Shown here one piece after another: positions 9,681 to 18,205 of a stretch of 64,000 nucleotides of DNA. Where the stretch lies: assembly GCA_035637455.1 (NCBI GenBank), contig DASPXE010000093.1, positions 1,909-65,908 on the forward strand. Direction: 5' to 3'. The notes under the pieces were generated by a model. That model was not told the origin of the DNA. It ran no database searches and saw only the letters and a program-made list of their open reading frames with translations. The position numbers and the translations under genes were made by a program. Each line of letters begins with the position of its first letter. The first letter of the stretch is position 1. Source of the DNA: Gemmatimonadales bacterium. GTDB lineage: Bacteria; Gemmatimonadota; Gemmatimonadetes; Gemmatimonadales; GWC2-71-9.

Positions 9681-10319
9681 CTACTCGTCCACCCCCGTGC
9701 GGCTGGCCGAGCCCGCATGCACCCGGTTGCCGCGCGGCTGCTCGCGTGTCACGTTCGCCCGCTTGCTCTGATCAGTCAGCGGCACCTGTTGTTGCACCAT
9801 GTTGCGTGCGATCCACACCACGTCGTCGCCGCACATGATCGCGTCGACGGGGTAGGGCTGCCGCAGGAACGACTGCCCGTCGGAGCTGGCGACCTGGGTG
9901 CCCGGGAAGAAATACCAGCAGCGCTCGCCGCTCGGGTGGCTGTGGATCATTCCCACCGTGCCCGTCCACCCGGCCTGCTCGCAGGTCTGCTTGGGCACGA
10001 CGTGCGTCGCGGTCGACTGCGGGGGATCGACGTCTGCCGGCGCGACGCGCTGCACAATCACGGTCGACCCGCGCACCTCACCGATCATGCACCCCATGAA
10101 CTCGGTCGGGAACGAACGGTACTGGAGCGCGAGGTAGCGACGTGCCTGCTCGGAGATAATGAGGGTGCGGACGGCCCTCGCGCTCGGCGCCAGGCCCGCC
10201 GCCGCCGGCTCCACCAGGCGTACCGATTCGGGCTGCAGCGCGAGCAGCACCATCAGGCCTGCCGTCGCCACGACGACACGCCCTCCTCGCGTGAGAACCG
10301 AACGCCCGACTGCCTGCAT
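9681..10319 (-). CDS. membrane-anchored JAB/MPN (Mov34)-like domain protein
   Basis: N-terminal TM VVVATAGLMVLLAL. PTEFMGCMIGE (ExxG..G) and GMIHSHPSG match the prokaryotic JAB pattern, but the S-x-x-D part is displaced/atypical. Strong SD GAGGGAAGG lies upstream of the ATG. Confidence 0.5.
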   Translation of the reverse strand: MQAVGRSVLTRGGRVVVATAGLMVLLALQPESVRLVEPAAAGLAPSARAVRTLIISEQARRYLALQYRSFPTEFMGCMIGEVRGSTVIVQRVAPADVDPPQSTATHVVPKQTCEQAGWTGTVGMIHSHPSGERCWYFFPGTQVASSDGQSFLRQPYPVDAIMCGDDVVWIARNMVQQQVPLTDQSKRANVTREQPRGNRVHAGSASRTGVDE

Positions 10320-10717
10320 GGTGCCTTCCCTCGGTCATTGATGCTCCCGGACATCTGGTGCCGGGTGAACTGCCGCTGCACTCCTACAGCTGAGCAAGAC
10401 CGATGCCATGATCCGCCGCCCTGTGACGCCGGGGGGGACAAGTCGTTACTCAACGAATGCTTGGCCGCAGCTGCCCGGCCTGTGATCGTAGTCACCACGC
10501 ATCAATTTCGCATCAAACGGGCGGCAGGCCCTGGCGGCGTGCGTCTGTGAGGAGGGTCACTAGGGGCCCTTGAGGCCCGAGCCATTACGGTTCGCACCGC
10601 TGCCCCACGACCAGAGCCCCTACCGCCGGCTCCCACCCCGGCCTATGTTTCCGCCCCACAAATCCCCTACCCGGCGCCGCACCAGTGTCGGGTCGCTCCA
10701 GACCAAAGGGAGGTGGC

Positions 10718-11092
10718 ATGACTCGTCGGTACGAGACGGTATACATCTTCGACAGCGCCCTAGAAGAGCCCGCGATCACGGAACGGCTCGACAAGTTCCA
10801 CGCCCTCTTGACCAAGGACGGCAAGGGGAGCGTCACGAACGTGGCGCACTGGGGCAAGCGCACCCTGGCGTTTCCGATCAAGAAGCGCGACTCAGGCCAC
10901 TACGTCGTGGCGCAGTTCGAGACGGCGGCGGACCTGCTGCCGGAGTACGAGCGTGCGGTGAAGCTCGACGAGGGCGTGCTGCGCTACCTGGTGGTCGTCT
11001 CCGAAGGCCTCCCGGCCAGGCCAGAGGCAGCGCCGACCGCCGCCGCAGTGATCGCGCCCGAGGTGGAGGAGCTGGAGGAGGATGAAGCATGA
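10718..11092 (+). CDS. rpsF: 30S ribosomal protein S6
   Basis: [11 protein letters not shown]...[16 protein letters not shown] pattern. SD GGGAGGTGG precedes ATG 10718. The ORF-track start at 10685 is likely too early. Confidence 0.9.
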   Translation: MTRRYETVYIFDSALEEPAITERLDKFHALLTKDGKGSVTNVAHWGKRTLAFPIKKRDSGHYVVAQFETAADLLPEYERAVKLDEGVLRYLVVVSEGLPARPEAAPTAAAVIAPEVEELEEDEA

Positions 11093-11310
11093 GACGGCCC
11101 GCCAAGACCTGTCCCGTGTGCGAGTCCGGGGTGCGCGTGCTGGACTACAAGGACGACCGTACCTTGGGCCGATTCCTGACCGAGCGCGGCAAGATCCTGC
11201 CGAGCCGCTTGTCGGGGATGTGCGCGCGGCACCAGCGTCAGCTCGCGACCGCGATCAAGCGCGCGCGCCAGCTCGCGTTGCTCCCGTACATCAAGGGCTA
11301 CATCGGCTGA
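11089..11310 (+). CDS. rpsR: 30S ribosomal protein S18
   Basis: DYKD...[33 protein letters not shown] pattern. ATGA overlap with rpsF. Confidence 0.95.
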   Translation: MRRPAKTCPVCESGVRVLDYKDDRTLGRFLTERGKILPSRLSGMCARHQRQLATAIKRARQLALLPYIKGYIG

Positions 11311-11311
11311 C

Positions 11312-12229
11312 ATGGCGCAGCGTGGGGAGGGAGGGCGCTGGCGGCTGCTGCTCGGCACCGCCGTATTCGCAGCGTGGGCACCGCCCAGCCTGGTCGGGCT
11401 GCCGCTCGCCGGGTTGCTGCTCGTCACCCGACCCCGCTCCACCGTGGAGTGGGGTGCGGCGGCCGGCGTCGGCGCGTTGAGCGTCGGGCTCTTGCTCCTC
11501 CCCGCGAGCGATCTCCTGACGGGGTTCGTGCGAGCCTACACGGTGCTCGTCGCCGCCGCGTTCGTGGCCGTCGCGCTGCTCGCCCCGGCCCACGAGCCAG
11601 TGCTGCGGCGGGCGATCCGGGCAGGGCTGATCGCGGGTGTCGCGGCCGTCGCGCTCGCGAGCGTGCACCTGGGCGGCTCCGTCTGGGACGCGCTGCACTG
11701 GGAAGCGCGCCGCCAGGCGAGCGCCGCGATGCGCGTCTGGGTGGAGATCGAGCCCCGCACGTTCGCGCTCTACGAGCCCGTGGTGCGGTTCGTGAGCGAC
11801 ACGGTGCCCGCGACGCTCGCGCTCCAAACGCTCGCCGGGCTCGCCCTCGCCTGGCAGTGGCACCGCCGGGTCGCGCGCAATCCGCTCGGCCCGCCGCTCG
11901 CGCCGTTCCGCGAGTTCCACTTCGGGGACCACTGGGTGTGGGCCGTGGTGGTCTCGCTCACCCTGTGGGTCACGCCGGTGATGGCGACGCTCAAGCTGGC
12001 GGCGTTGAACGTGCTCGTGGCGCTCGGCGGGCTGTATCTGGTGCGGGGCATCGCGATCGTGGTCGCGTGCTCGGCCGCGTTCGGCATCGCGCCGGTGGCG
12101 CTCGTCATCGGGGCCGTGGTGTCGGCGGTGCTGCTCGCGCCGTTGCTGTTTCTGGTGCCCGGACTCGCCACCCTGGGCGTCACCGACACCTGGCTCGAGT
12201 TCCGGCGCCGTCTCAAAGCGCCGGCCTGA
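11312..12229 (+). CDS. polytopic membrane protein (DUF2232/YybS-like by position)
   Basis: About 8 hydrophobic segments. It occupies the rpsR-rplI slot that yybS occupies in Firmicutes. The family assignment is positional, not motif based. Confidence 0.5.
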   Translation: MAQRGEGGRWRLLLGTAVFAAWAPPSLVGLPLAGLLLVTRPRSTVEWGAAAGVGALSVGLLLLPASDLLTGFVRAYTVLVAAAFVAVALLAPAHEPVLRRAIRAGLIAGVAAVALASVHLGGSVWDALHWEARRQASAAMRVWVEIEPRTFALYEPVVRFVSDTVPATLALQTLAGLALAWQWHRRVARNPLGPPLAPFREFHFGDHWVWAVVVSLTLWVTPVMATLKLAALNVLVALGGLYLVRGIAIVVACSAAFGIAPVALVIGAVVSAVLLAPLLFLVPGLATLGVTDTWLEFRRRLKAPA

Positions 12230-12249
12230 ACCGTCACCGAGAGGAAGCG

Positions 12250-12693
12250 ATGGAGATCATCTTGCGGGAAGACGTGCAGCACCTCGGGGCCGCGGGCGAC
12301 GTCGTCAAGGTGAAGGACGGCTACGCGCGCAACTATCTCCTCCCGAAGGGGCTCGCCTACCCCGCCACGGAGGCGAACAAGAAGAAGATCGCCTACGAGG
12401 CGGAGCGCATCGCTCGGCAGCGCGCCGCCGAGAAGAGCGCCGCCGAAACCGAGGCTACCCGCCTCGCCGACGTCCATCTCACGTTCGCGGTCAAGGTTGG
12501 CGAAGAGGACAAGCTGTACGGCTCGGTCACGGCGGGCGACGTCCAACGCAAGCTCGAAGAGCTCGGGATTCACGTGGACAAGCGCAAGGTGGACCTCCCC
12601 GAGCCGATTCGCGAGCTGGGCGATTTCCCGGTGGGCATCAAGATCCACCCCGACGTCCGGCCCGAGATTCGGGTGAGTGTGGTGAAGGAGTAA
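12250..12693 (+). CDS. rplI: 50S ribosomal protein L9
   Basis: MEIILREDVQHLGAAGDVVKVKDGYARNYLLPKGLA is the canonical L9 N-terminus. The internal ATG at 12250 of the long ORF 11374..12693 is preceded by GAGGAAG. Confidence 0.95.
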   Translation: MEIILREDVQHLGAAGDVVKVKDGYARNYLLPKGLAYPATEANKKKIAYEAERIARQRAAEKSAAETEATRLADVHLTFAVKVGEEDKLYGSVTAGDVQRKLEELGIHVDKRKVDLPEPIRELGDFPVGIKIHPDVRPEIRVSVVKE

Positions 12694-12703
12694 CGACTCC
12701 GGC

Positions 12704-14512
12704 GTGACGCGCGGCACCGGCATCACCTACGTCGACGGCCCCCGGCTGCGCCGCGCCCTGCTCGCGGCCGCCGACTGGGTGGCGGCGGGCCGGGACGAGC
12801 TGAACCGGATCAACGTCTTCCCCGTTCCGGACGGGGACACCGGGACCAACCTCTGCCTCACGCTGCGCGCGGTGGCGCAGGCCCTGCGCGAGCTGGGTGA
12901 CGCCCCCCTTCCTCAGGTGACGGCGACGATGGCGGGCGCCAGCGTGCGCGGCGCCCGCGGCAACTCCGGGATGCTGCTCTCCCAGTTCCTGCTCGGCCTC
13001 GAGGAGGGGCTCGGCGACCGCCGCAGCGCGAGCGCCCGTGACATCGCCCGCGCCATCGGCCGGGCCTGCGACCGCCTGGAGGGGTCACTCGACGATCCCG
13101 TGGAGGGCACCATCCTCACCGTCGCCCGCGAGACCGCCGACGAAGCCGCCCGCGCTGGCGAGGAGCCCGACCTCACGGTGTTCATGCGCCGCCTCGTAAC
13201 GCGCGCCCAGCAGGCGCTCGAGCGCACGCCGCAGTTGCTCGCCGTGCTCAAGGCGGCCGGCGTGGTGGACGCGGGCGCGCTCGGCTTCGTGCGCTTCCTC
13301 GATGGGGTGAAGCGGCTGATCGAAGAGGGACAGGTCGCGCAAGGCGCGGTGGACCGCCTCGTGCCGCACGCCGCGGCCCAGACGGAGGTGGAGGCCCCGC
13401 GGGATTTCCAGTTCTGCACCGAGGTGATGGTCCGCAGCACCTCGCTGCCGGCGACGACCGCTGCCCGGCACGCACTGCGGCGCCTCGGCGGCTCCATCGT
13501 CGTACTCCAGACGGGCGATCTCCTCAAGGCACACATCCACACCGATGCACCGGACGCGGTGTTCGCCCTCGGCGCCAGCTGGGGGTCGGTGGAGTCCACC
13601 AAGGCCGAGGACATGCGGGCGCAGCACCGCGAGTTGCTGACGAAGCGGCCGGTCGCGTTCGTCGCGGATACGGCGTGCGACCTCCCCGATGCCGTGGTCT
13701 TCGAGCAGGGCATTGGGCTGGTGCCGACGCAGCTGATCCTCGACGACCGCGTGTACCGCGATCGACTGGAGCTGACACCGCCTGAGTTCTTCGAGCGGCT
13801 GCGCGCCGGTCAGGACGCCACCACCTCCCAGCCCACCCCGCAGGCGTTCGAAGAGGCGTTCCGCGACGCCGCGCGGGCAGGCGAGCACGTGATCGCCGTG
13901 GTGGTTGCGCGGGCGCTGTCCGGCACGTACGCCAGCGCCGAGGTGGCAGCCCGCCGGCTCGACCCTGAGGCCCGCTGCATCACAGTCGTGGACAGCCGGT
14001 CCGCGAGCCTGGGCGAGGGTCTGTTGGTTCTCCGAGGGCTCGAGCTCGCCGCCGCCGGCGAGCCGCCGGCGGCGATCGCGCGTGAGCTCGCTCGCGTGCG
14101 CGATCAGTCCGGCGGGTTCTTCACGGTCGACAATTTCGAGCGCTTGGTCCGCTCGGGACGCGTAAGCCGCGTGCAGGCGTGGCTGGGCACGAGGCTCAAC
14201 ATGAAGCCCATCATGGCGTTATCCCTGGATGGCTCGATCGACCCCATCGCCCGGGCGCGCGGTAGGCGGGCGCTCGAGCGCCGCGTGCTGGAGCGGTTGG
14301 ATCGAGTGCTCGCGCGCGGCCCACAGTCGCTCCGGCTCGGCGTGGCGCACGCCGACATCCCCGAGTTCGCCGAGCAGCTGCGCGCGCAGCTCGTGACGCG
14401 ATACCGGCCCAAGCAGTGCTTGGTGAGCCCCATCACCCCGGTCATCGCCGCGCATGCGGGGATCGGGGCGTGGGGCGTGTTCTACCAAGTCGAGGACGGA
14501 ACAAACGGATGA
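12704..14512 (+). CDS. DhaL (DAK2)/FakA-like N-terminal and middle domains fused to a DegV (FakB-like) fatty-acid-binding domain
   Basis: N-terminus has PDGDTGTN and GARGNSG (DAK2/DhaL motifs). Middle has FCTEVMV...GGSIVVLQTGDLLKAHIHTD (YloV/FakA middle domain). C-terminus has VAFVADTACDLP...TTSQPTPQAF...ALSGTYASA (DegV pattern). Confidence 0.8.
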   Translation: MTRGTGITYVDGPRLRRALLAAADWVAAGRDELNRINVFPVPDGDTGTNLCLTLRAVAQALRELGDAPLPQVTATMAGASVRGARGNSGMLLSQFLLGLEEGLGDRRSASARDIARAIGRACDRLEGSLDDPVEGTILTVARETADEAARAGEEPDLTVFMRRLVTRAQQALERTPQLLAVLKAAGVVDAGALGFVRFLDGVKRLIEEGQVAQGAVDRLVPHAAAQTEVEAPRDFQFCTEVMVRSTSLPATTAARHALRRLGGSIVVLQTGDLLKAHIHTDAPDAVFALGASWGSVESTKAEDMRAQHRELLTKRPVAFVADTACDLPDAVVFEQGIGLVPTQLILDDRVYRDRLELTPPEFFERLRAGQDATTSQPTPQAFEEAFRDAARAGEHVIAVVVARALSGTYASAEVAARRLDPEARCITVVDSRSASLGEGLLVLRGLELAAAGEPPAAIARELARVRDQSGGFFTVDNFERLVRSGRVSRVQAWLGTRLNMKPIMALSLDGSIDPIARARGRRALERRVLERLDRVLARGPQSLRLGVAHADIPEFAEQLRAQLVTRYRPKQCLVSPITPVIAAHAGIGAWGVFYQVEDGTNG

Positions 14513-14522
14513 GCGCGGCGCT

Positions 14523-14933
14523 ATGACTAGCAGGAGCCGGGGTGGTCGCCCGGCGAAGCGGCCCGTCGTGCACGTGCGGGCGGCGCTGCAACTCGTGACC
14601 GAGGCGCTGCTCGATCGCAAGGCGGTTGATCCGCTGGTACTGGACCTGCGGGGACTCAGCGCCGCCACCGACTACTTCGTAATCGTTTCCGGGACGTCCG
14701 ACGCCCACGTGCGGGGGATGGCGGAGCATTTGGTGACAGCGCTGGCGCCGCACGGCCTCGCACCGCATCATGTGGAAGGGCTGGCGCAGGGGCGGTGGGT
14801 GTTGCTCGACTACGTAGATTTCGTGGTGCATGTGTTCCACCCTGAGCTGCGGGAATTCTACCAGCTCGAGCGGCTGTGGGGCGATGCTCCGGTGCTCGCC
14901 GGGGGCACGCGGGACGACGGGTTGAAAGGATGA
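14523..14933 (+). CDS. rsfS: ribosome silencing factor RsfS (iojap-like)
   Basis: DYFVIVSGTSDAHVRGMAEHL...WVLLDYVDFVVHVFHPELREFYQLERLWGDAP is the RsfS pattern. Start taken at ATG 14523, after the upstream stop. Confidence 0.85.
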   Translation: MTSRSRGGRPAKRPVVHVRAALQLVTEALLDRKAVDPLVLDLRGLSAATDYFVIVSGTSDAHVRGMAEHLVTALAPHGLAPHHVEGLAQGRWVLLDYVDFVVHVFHPELREFYQLERLWGDAPVLAGGTRDDGLKG

Positions 14934-17900
14934 TCCCCATGCGACGGATCGCAGCAGCAGTGGCGGCGCTGGCGCTCGCGGGCGCGGCGCCGCTGGCGGC
15001 GCAGTACTTCGGGCAGAACAAGGTCCAATACCGGTCCTTCGACTTCCAGGTCATCCAGACCGATCACTTCGAGGTCTATTACTATGCGGCCGAGCGCGCG
15101 GCGGCGCTCGACGCAGCACGCATGGCGGAGCGGTGGTACGCGCGCCTCTCCCGCGTCCTGCACCACGAGTTTCAGGGCCGCAAGCCGATCATCTTGTACG
15201 CCTCGCAGTCGGACTTCCAGCAAACCAACGCGATCAGCGGCGACATCGGTGAGGGTACGGGCGGCGTCACCGAGTTTTTCAAGCACCGCATGGTCCTGCC
15301 CTTCACCGGCTCCTACGCCGAGCTCGAGCACGTGATCGGCCACGAGATGGTGCACCAGTTCCAGTACGACGTGTTCAGCAGGGGCCGCATCGGTGCCGGG
15401 GTCCAGACGCTCATCAACGTGAATCCACCGCTGTGGTTCATGGAGGGGATGGCGGAATACCTCTCGATCGGCCCGATCGATCCCCACACCTCGATGTGGC
15501 TGCGCGACGCCTCGCTGGAAGGCCACTTGCCGACCATCGAGCAGCTCACCTACGATCCGCGGATTTTCCCCTACCGCTTCGGGCACGCGCTCTGGGCCTA
15601 CATCGGCGAGAAGTGGGGCGACGAGGTGATCGGCGAGATCCTCCAGGCCTCCACCGCGGGCGGGGTCGAAGCCGCGTTCAAGCGCGGCCTGGGGCTCTCG
15701 CTCGACGACCTGTCGAGCGAATGGCGCGACGCGGTGCAGACGACTTATCTACCGCAGCTCTCCGAGCACTACCGCGCCCGCCGCATCGCCCAGCCGGTGC
15801 TGAACCAGAAGCGCTCGGATGGGACGCTCCATCTGGCGCCAGCACTCACGCCGGACGGCCGCGACATCGCGTATTTCAGCGAGCGGAATTCGTTCTTCGT
15901 GGATCTGTACCTCGCCGATGCGGAAACCGGTCGCGTGAAGCGTCGGCTCGTCCGGTCCACCCTCAGCAACAACTACGAAAGCCTGCGCTTCATCAACTCG
16001 GCGGGATCGTTCTCGCCGGACGGGCGCTATTTCGCGATTGCGGCGAAGCACAAAGACAAGGACGACCTGGTCATCCTCGACGTCAAGAAGGGCGGTGAGT
16101 TGCACCGCATCCCGATCCCGCTGAACGGGCTGACGACGCCCGCCTGGTCCCCCGATGGGCGGCAGATCGTGTTCACGGGCTATGACGGCGGGCTGTCCGA
16201 CCTGTTCGTCGTCAACGCCGACGGCAGCGACCTGCGCCGCCTCACCAACGACAAGGACGCCGATCTCCAGCCCGCGTGGTCCCCGGACGGCAAGACCATC
16301 GCGTTCGCCACCGACCGCGGCCCGGGAAGCGACTTCAGCCAGCTGCGGTTCGGCAACATGCGGATCGGCCTGTACCACTTCGACAACGGGGCGATCGAAG
16401 TGCTCCCGCACATGGAGCACGGCAAGAACATCAACCCGGTGTGGGCGCCCGACGGGCGGTCGATCGCCTTCGTCTCGGACCGAACCGGGATCAGCGACAT
16501 CTACCTGTACGACTTCGGCGACCACAACCTGTATCAGCTGACCGACGTCTTCACGGGTGTCACCGGGATCACGCCGCTGTCGCCCGCCCTCTCGTGGGCG
16601 CGCCAGGCCGACAGGCTGGCTTTCGCCTATTACGAAGACGGGGACTACAACGTGTACGGCGTGGACAACCCCCGCTCGCTCCGGCGCCAGCCCTACCAGG
16701 AGCCGAGGACCCCGCCGGTGACGTCACTGCTCGCCGCCACACGGCGCGATACCACCCGGTCCGGCACGCCGGCGGGGGCGGCCACGCCGGCCGACCAGCC
16801 GCGCGCGGCGGCGTCAGTGTACCGCTCGCCCATCGGCTTCCGCGCCTCGGACGCCAGCCCGCCGAAGACCGACTCCACGACCGGCGCGACCGCAGTGTCG
16901 GTGCGCACGCTGCTCGACTCGGCGACCGCCCTGCCCGATACGAGCGAGTTCACCTTCAAGGCGTACCACACGCGGTTCACTCCCGACTACGTGGCGCGCC
17001 CCACGGTGGGCTACGAGCGCGACAACTTTGGCAGAGGCTTCTTCGGCGGCACCGCCATTTCGCTGTCGGACCTCCTGGGCAACCACACCCTGGTGTTCGC
17101 TGGCGCGGTGAACGGGCGTCTATCGGAGGCGCAAGTGCTGACCGCCTACATCAACCAGGCGCACCGGTTGAATTGGGCCACCGGCTTCACGCAAGAGCCG
17201 TACTACTTCTACCAGCCCACGACGGTGCAGCCAGTCGGCCAGACCGGTGACACGACGCTGCTCACCGTGGGCATCCGGCGCTTCGTGATCCGGGACGGCT
17301 TTGTCCAAGCGTACTACCCCTTCAGCCGGTTCAGCCGCGTGGAGCTCGGCATGCACGCCGTGAACATCTCCGACGCCGTGCTCCAGCAGCAGTATCTGGT
17401 CGACCCGGGCGGCTTCATCTTCGCGCAGTCGGACCTGCAGACCATCAGCAACCCGTCGATCACCTACGTGTCGCCGTCACTCGCGCTGGTGCACGACAAC
17501 GCGCTGTTCGGCTACGTCGGCCCGTTTGCAGGCTCGCGCTACCGCTTTCAATTCTCCCCGAACTTCGGTGACTGGCAGTTTATGGGCGGCCTCGCTGACT
17601 GGCGACGCTACTTTTTCGCCCGGCCGTTCACGCTCGCGGTCCGCGGGCTGTTCTTCGGCCGCTTCGGGCGGGACGGCGACCAGTTCCCCGTATTCCTCGG
17701 GAGCACCGAGCTGATCCGGGGCTACACCGCGGGCTCGCTCATCAACAACGAGTGCGCGACCTCGACCACGACCACGACCGGCCGAACCGGCTGTTCCGAG
17801 CTGGACGAGCTCATCGGGTCGAGAATCGGTGTGGCGAACGTCGAGTTGCGGTTCCCGCTCACCCGCAGCGTGGTCCTGGGATTCCTCCCGGTGGGGCTCC

Positions 17901-18142
17901 CCCCAATCGAGGGAGCGCTCTTCTACGACATGGGGCTTGCGTGGGAGTCGGGCTCGGTCGTCAAGTGGCAGCGCGACGCCGCGGACGACCCGGAGCAGGT
18001 CCGCAGCCCGCTGCGGAGCTGGGGTGGATCGATTCGTGTGAATTTCCTGGGGTTCGTGGTATTGCGGTTCGATTACACCAAGCCGCTCGACCGGCTCCGC
18101 AACAAGGCTTACTGGACGGTGAGCCTCGGCCCAACGTTCTAA
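14930..18142 (+). CDS. outer-membrane protein: MA-type HExxH peptidase-like domain + TolB-like PD40 beta-propeller + Omp85/BamA-like C-terminal barrel
   Basis: Signal AALALAGAAPLAAQ and the HEMVH motif. Repeated WSPDG[RK]..AF PD40 blades. The C-terminus has alternating beta-strand patterns and ends ...WTVSLGPTF (terminal Phe). ATGA overlap with rsfS. Confidence 0.7.
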   Translation: MIPMRRIAAAVAALALAGAAPLAAQYFGQNKVQYRSFDFQVIQTDHFEVYYYAAERAAALDAARMAERWYARLSRVLHHEFQGRKPIILYASQSDFQQTNAISGDIGEGTGGVTEFFKHRMVLPFTGSYAELEHVIGHEMVHQFQYDVFSRGRIGAGVQTLINVNPPLWFMEGMAEYLSIGPIDPHTSMWLRDASLEGHLPTIEQLTYDPRIFPYRFGHALWAYIGEKWGDEVIGEILQASTAGGVEAAFKRGLGLSLDDLSSEWRDAVQTTYLPQLSEHYRARRIAQPVLNQKRSDGTLHLAPALTPDGRDIAYFSERNSFFVDLYLADAETGRVKRRLVRSTLSNNYESLRFINSAGSFSPDGRYFAIAAKHKDKDDLVILDVKKGGELHRIPIPLNGLTTPAWSPDGRQIVFTGYDGGLSDLFVVNADGSDLRRLTNDKDADLQPAWSPDGKTIAFATDRGPGSDFSQLRFGNMRIGLYHFDNGAIEVLPHMEHGKNINPVWAPDGRSIAFVSDRTGISDIYLYDFGDHNLYQLTDVFTGVTGITPLSPALSWARQADRLAFAYYEDGDYNVYGVDNPRSLRRQPYQEPRTPPVTSLLAATRRDTTRSGTPAGAATPADQPRAAASVYRSPIGFRASDASPPKTDSTTGATAVSVRTLLDSATALPDTSEFTFKAYHTRFTPDYVARPTVGYERDNFGRGFFGGTAISLSDLLGNHTLVFAGAVNGRLSEAQVLTAYINQAHRLNWATGFTQEPYYFYQPTTVQPVGQTGDTTLLTVGIRRFVIRDGFVQAYYPFSRFSRVELGMHAVNISDAVLQQQYLVDPGGFIFAQSDLQTISNPSITYVSPSLALVHDNALFGYVGPFAGSRYRFQFSPNFGDWQFMGGLADWRRYFFARPFTLAVRGLFFGRFGRDGDQFPVFLGSTELIRGYTAGSLINNECATSTTTTTGRTGCSELDELIGSRIGVANVELRFPLTRSVVLGFLPVGLPPIEGALFYDMGLAWESGSVVKWQRDAADDPEQVRSPLRSWGGSIRVNFLGFVVLRFDYTKPLDRLRNKAYWTVSLGPTF

Positions 18143-18168
18143 CTCCGTATCGCTAAAACACTTGCGCT

Positions 18169-18203
18169 GGCCTCGCCGGTTGTCTATCTTGTCCGGCGAG
18201 GCC
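18169..18203 (+). terminator. strong hairpin (possible terminator/attenuator) directly before the next start codon
   Basis: GGCCTCGCCGG (18169-18179) pairs perfectly with CCGGCGAGGCC (18193-18203) across a 13-nt loop, followed by ATTT. TTG start of the next gene is at 18206. Confidence 0.5.
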
Positions 18204-18205
18204 AT

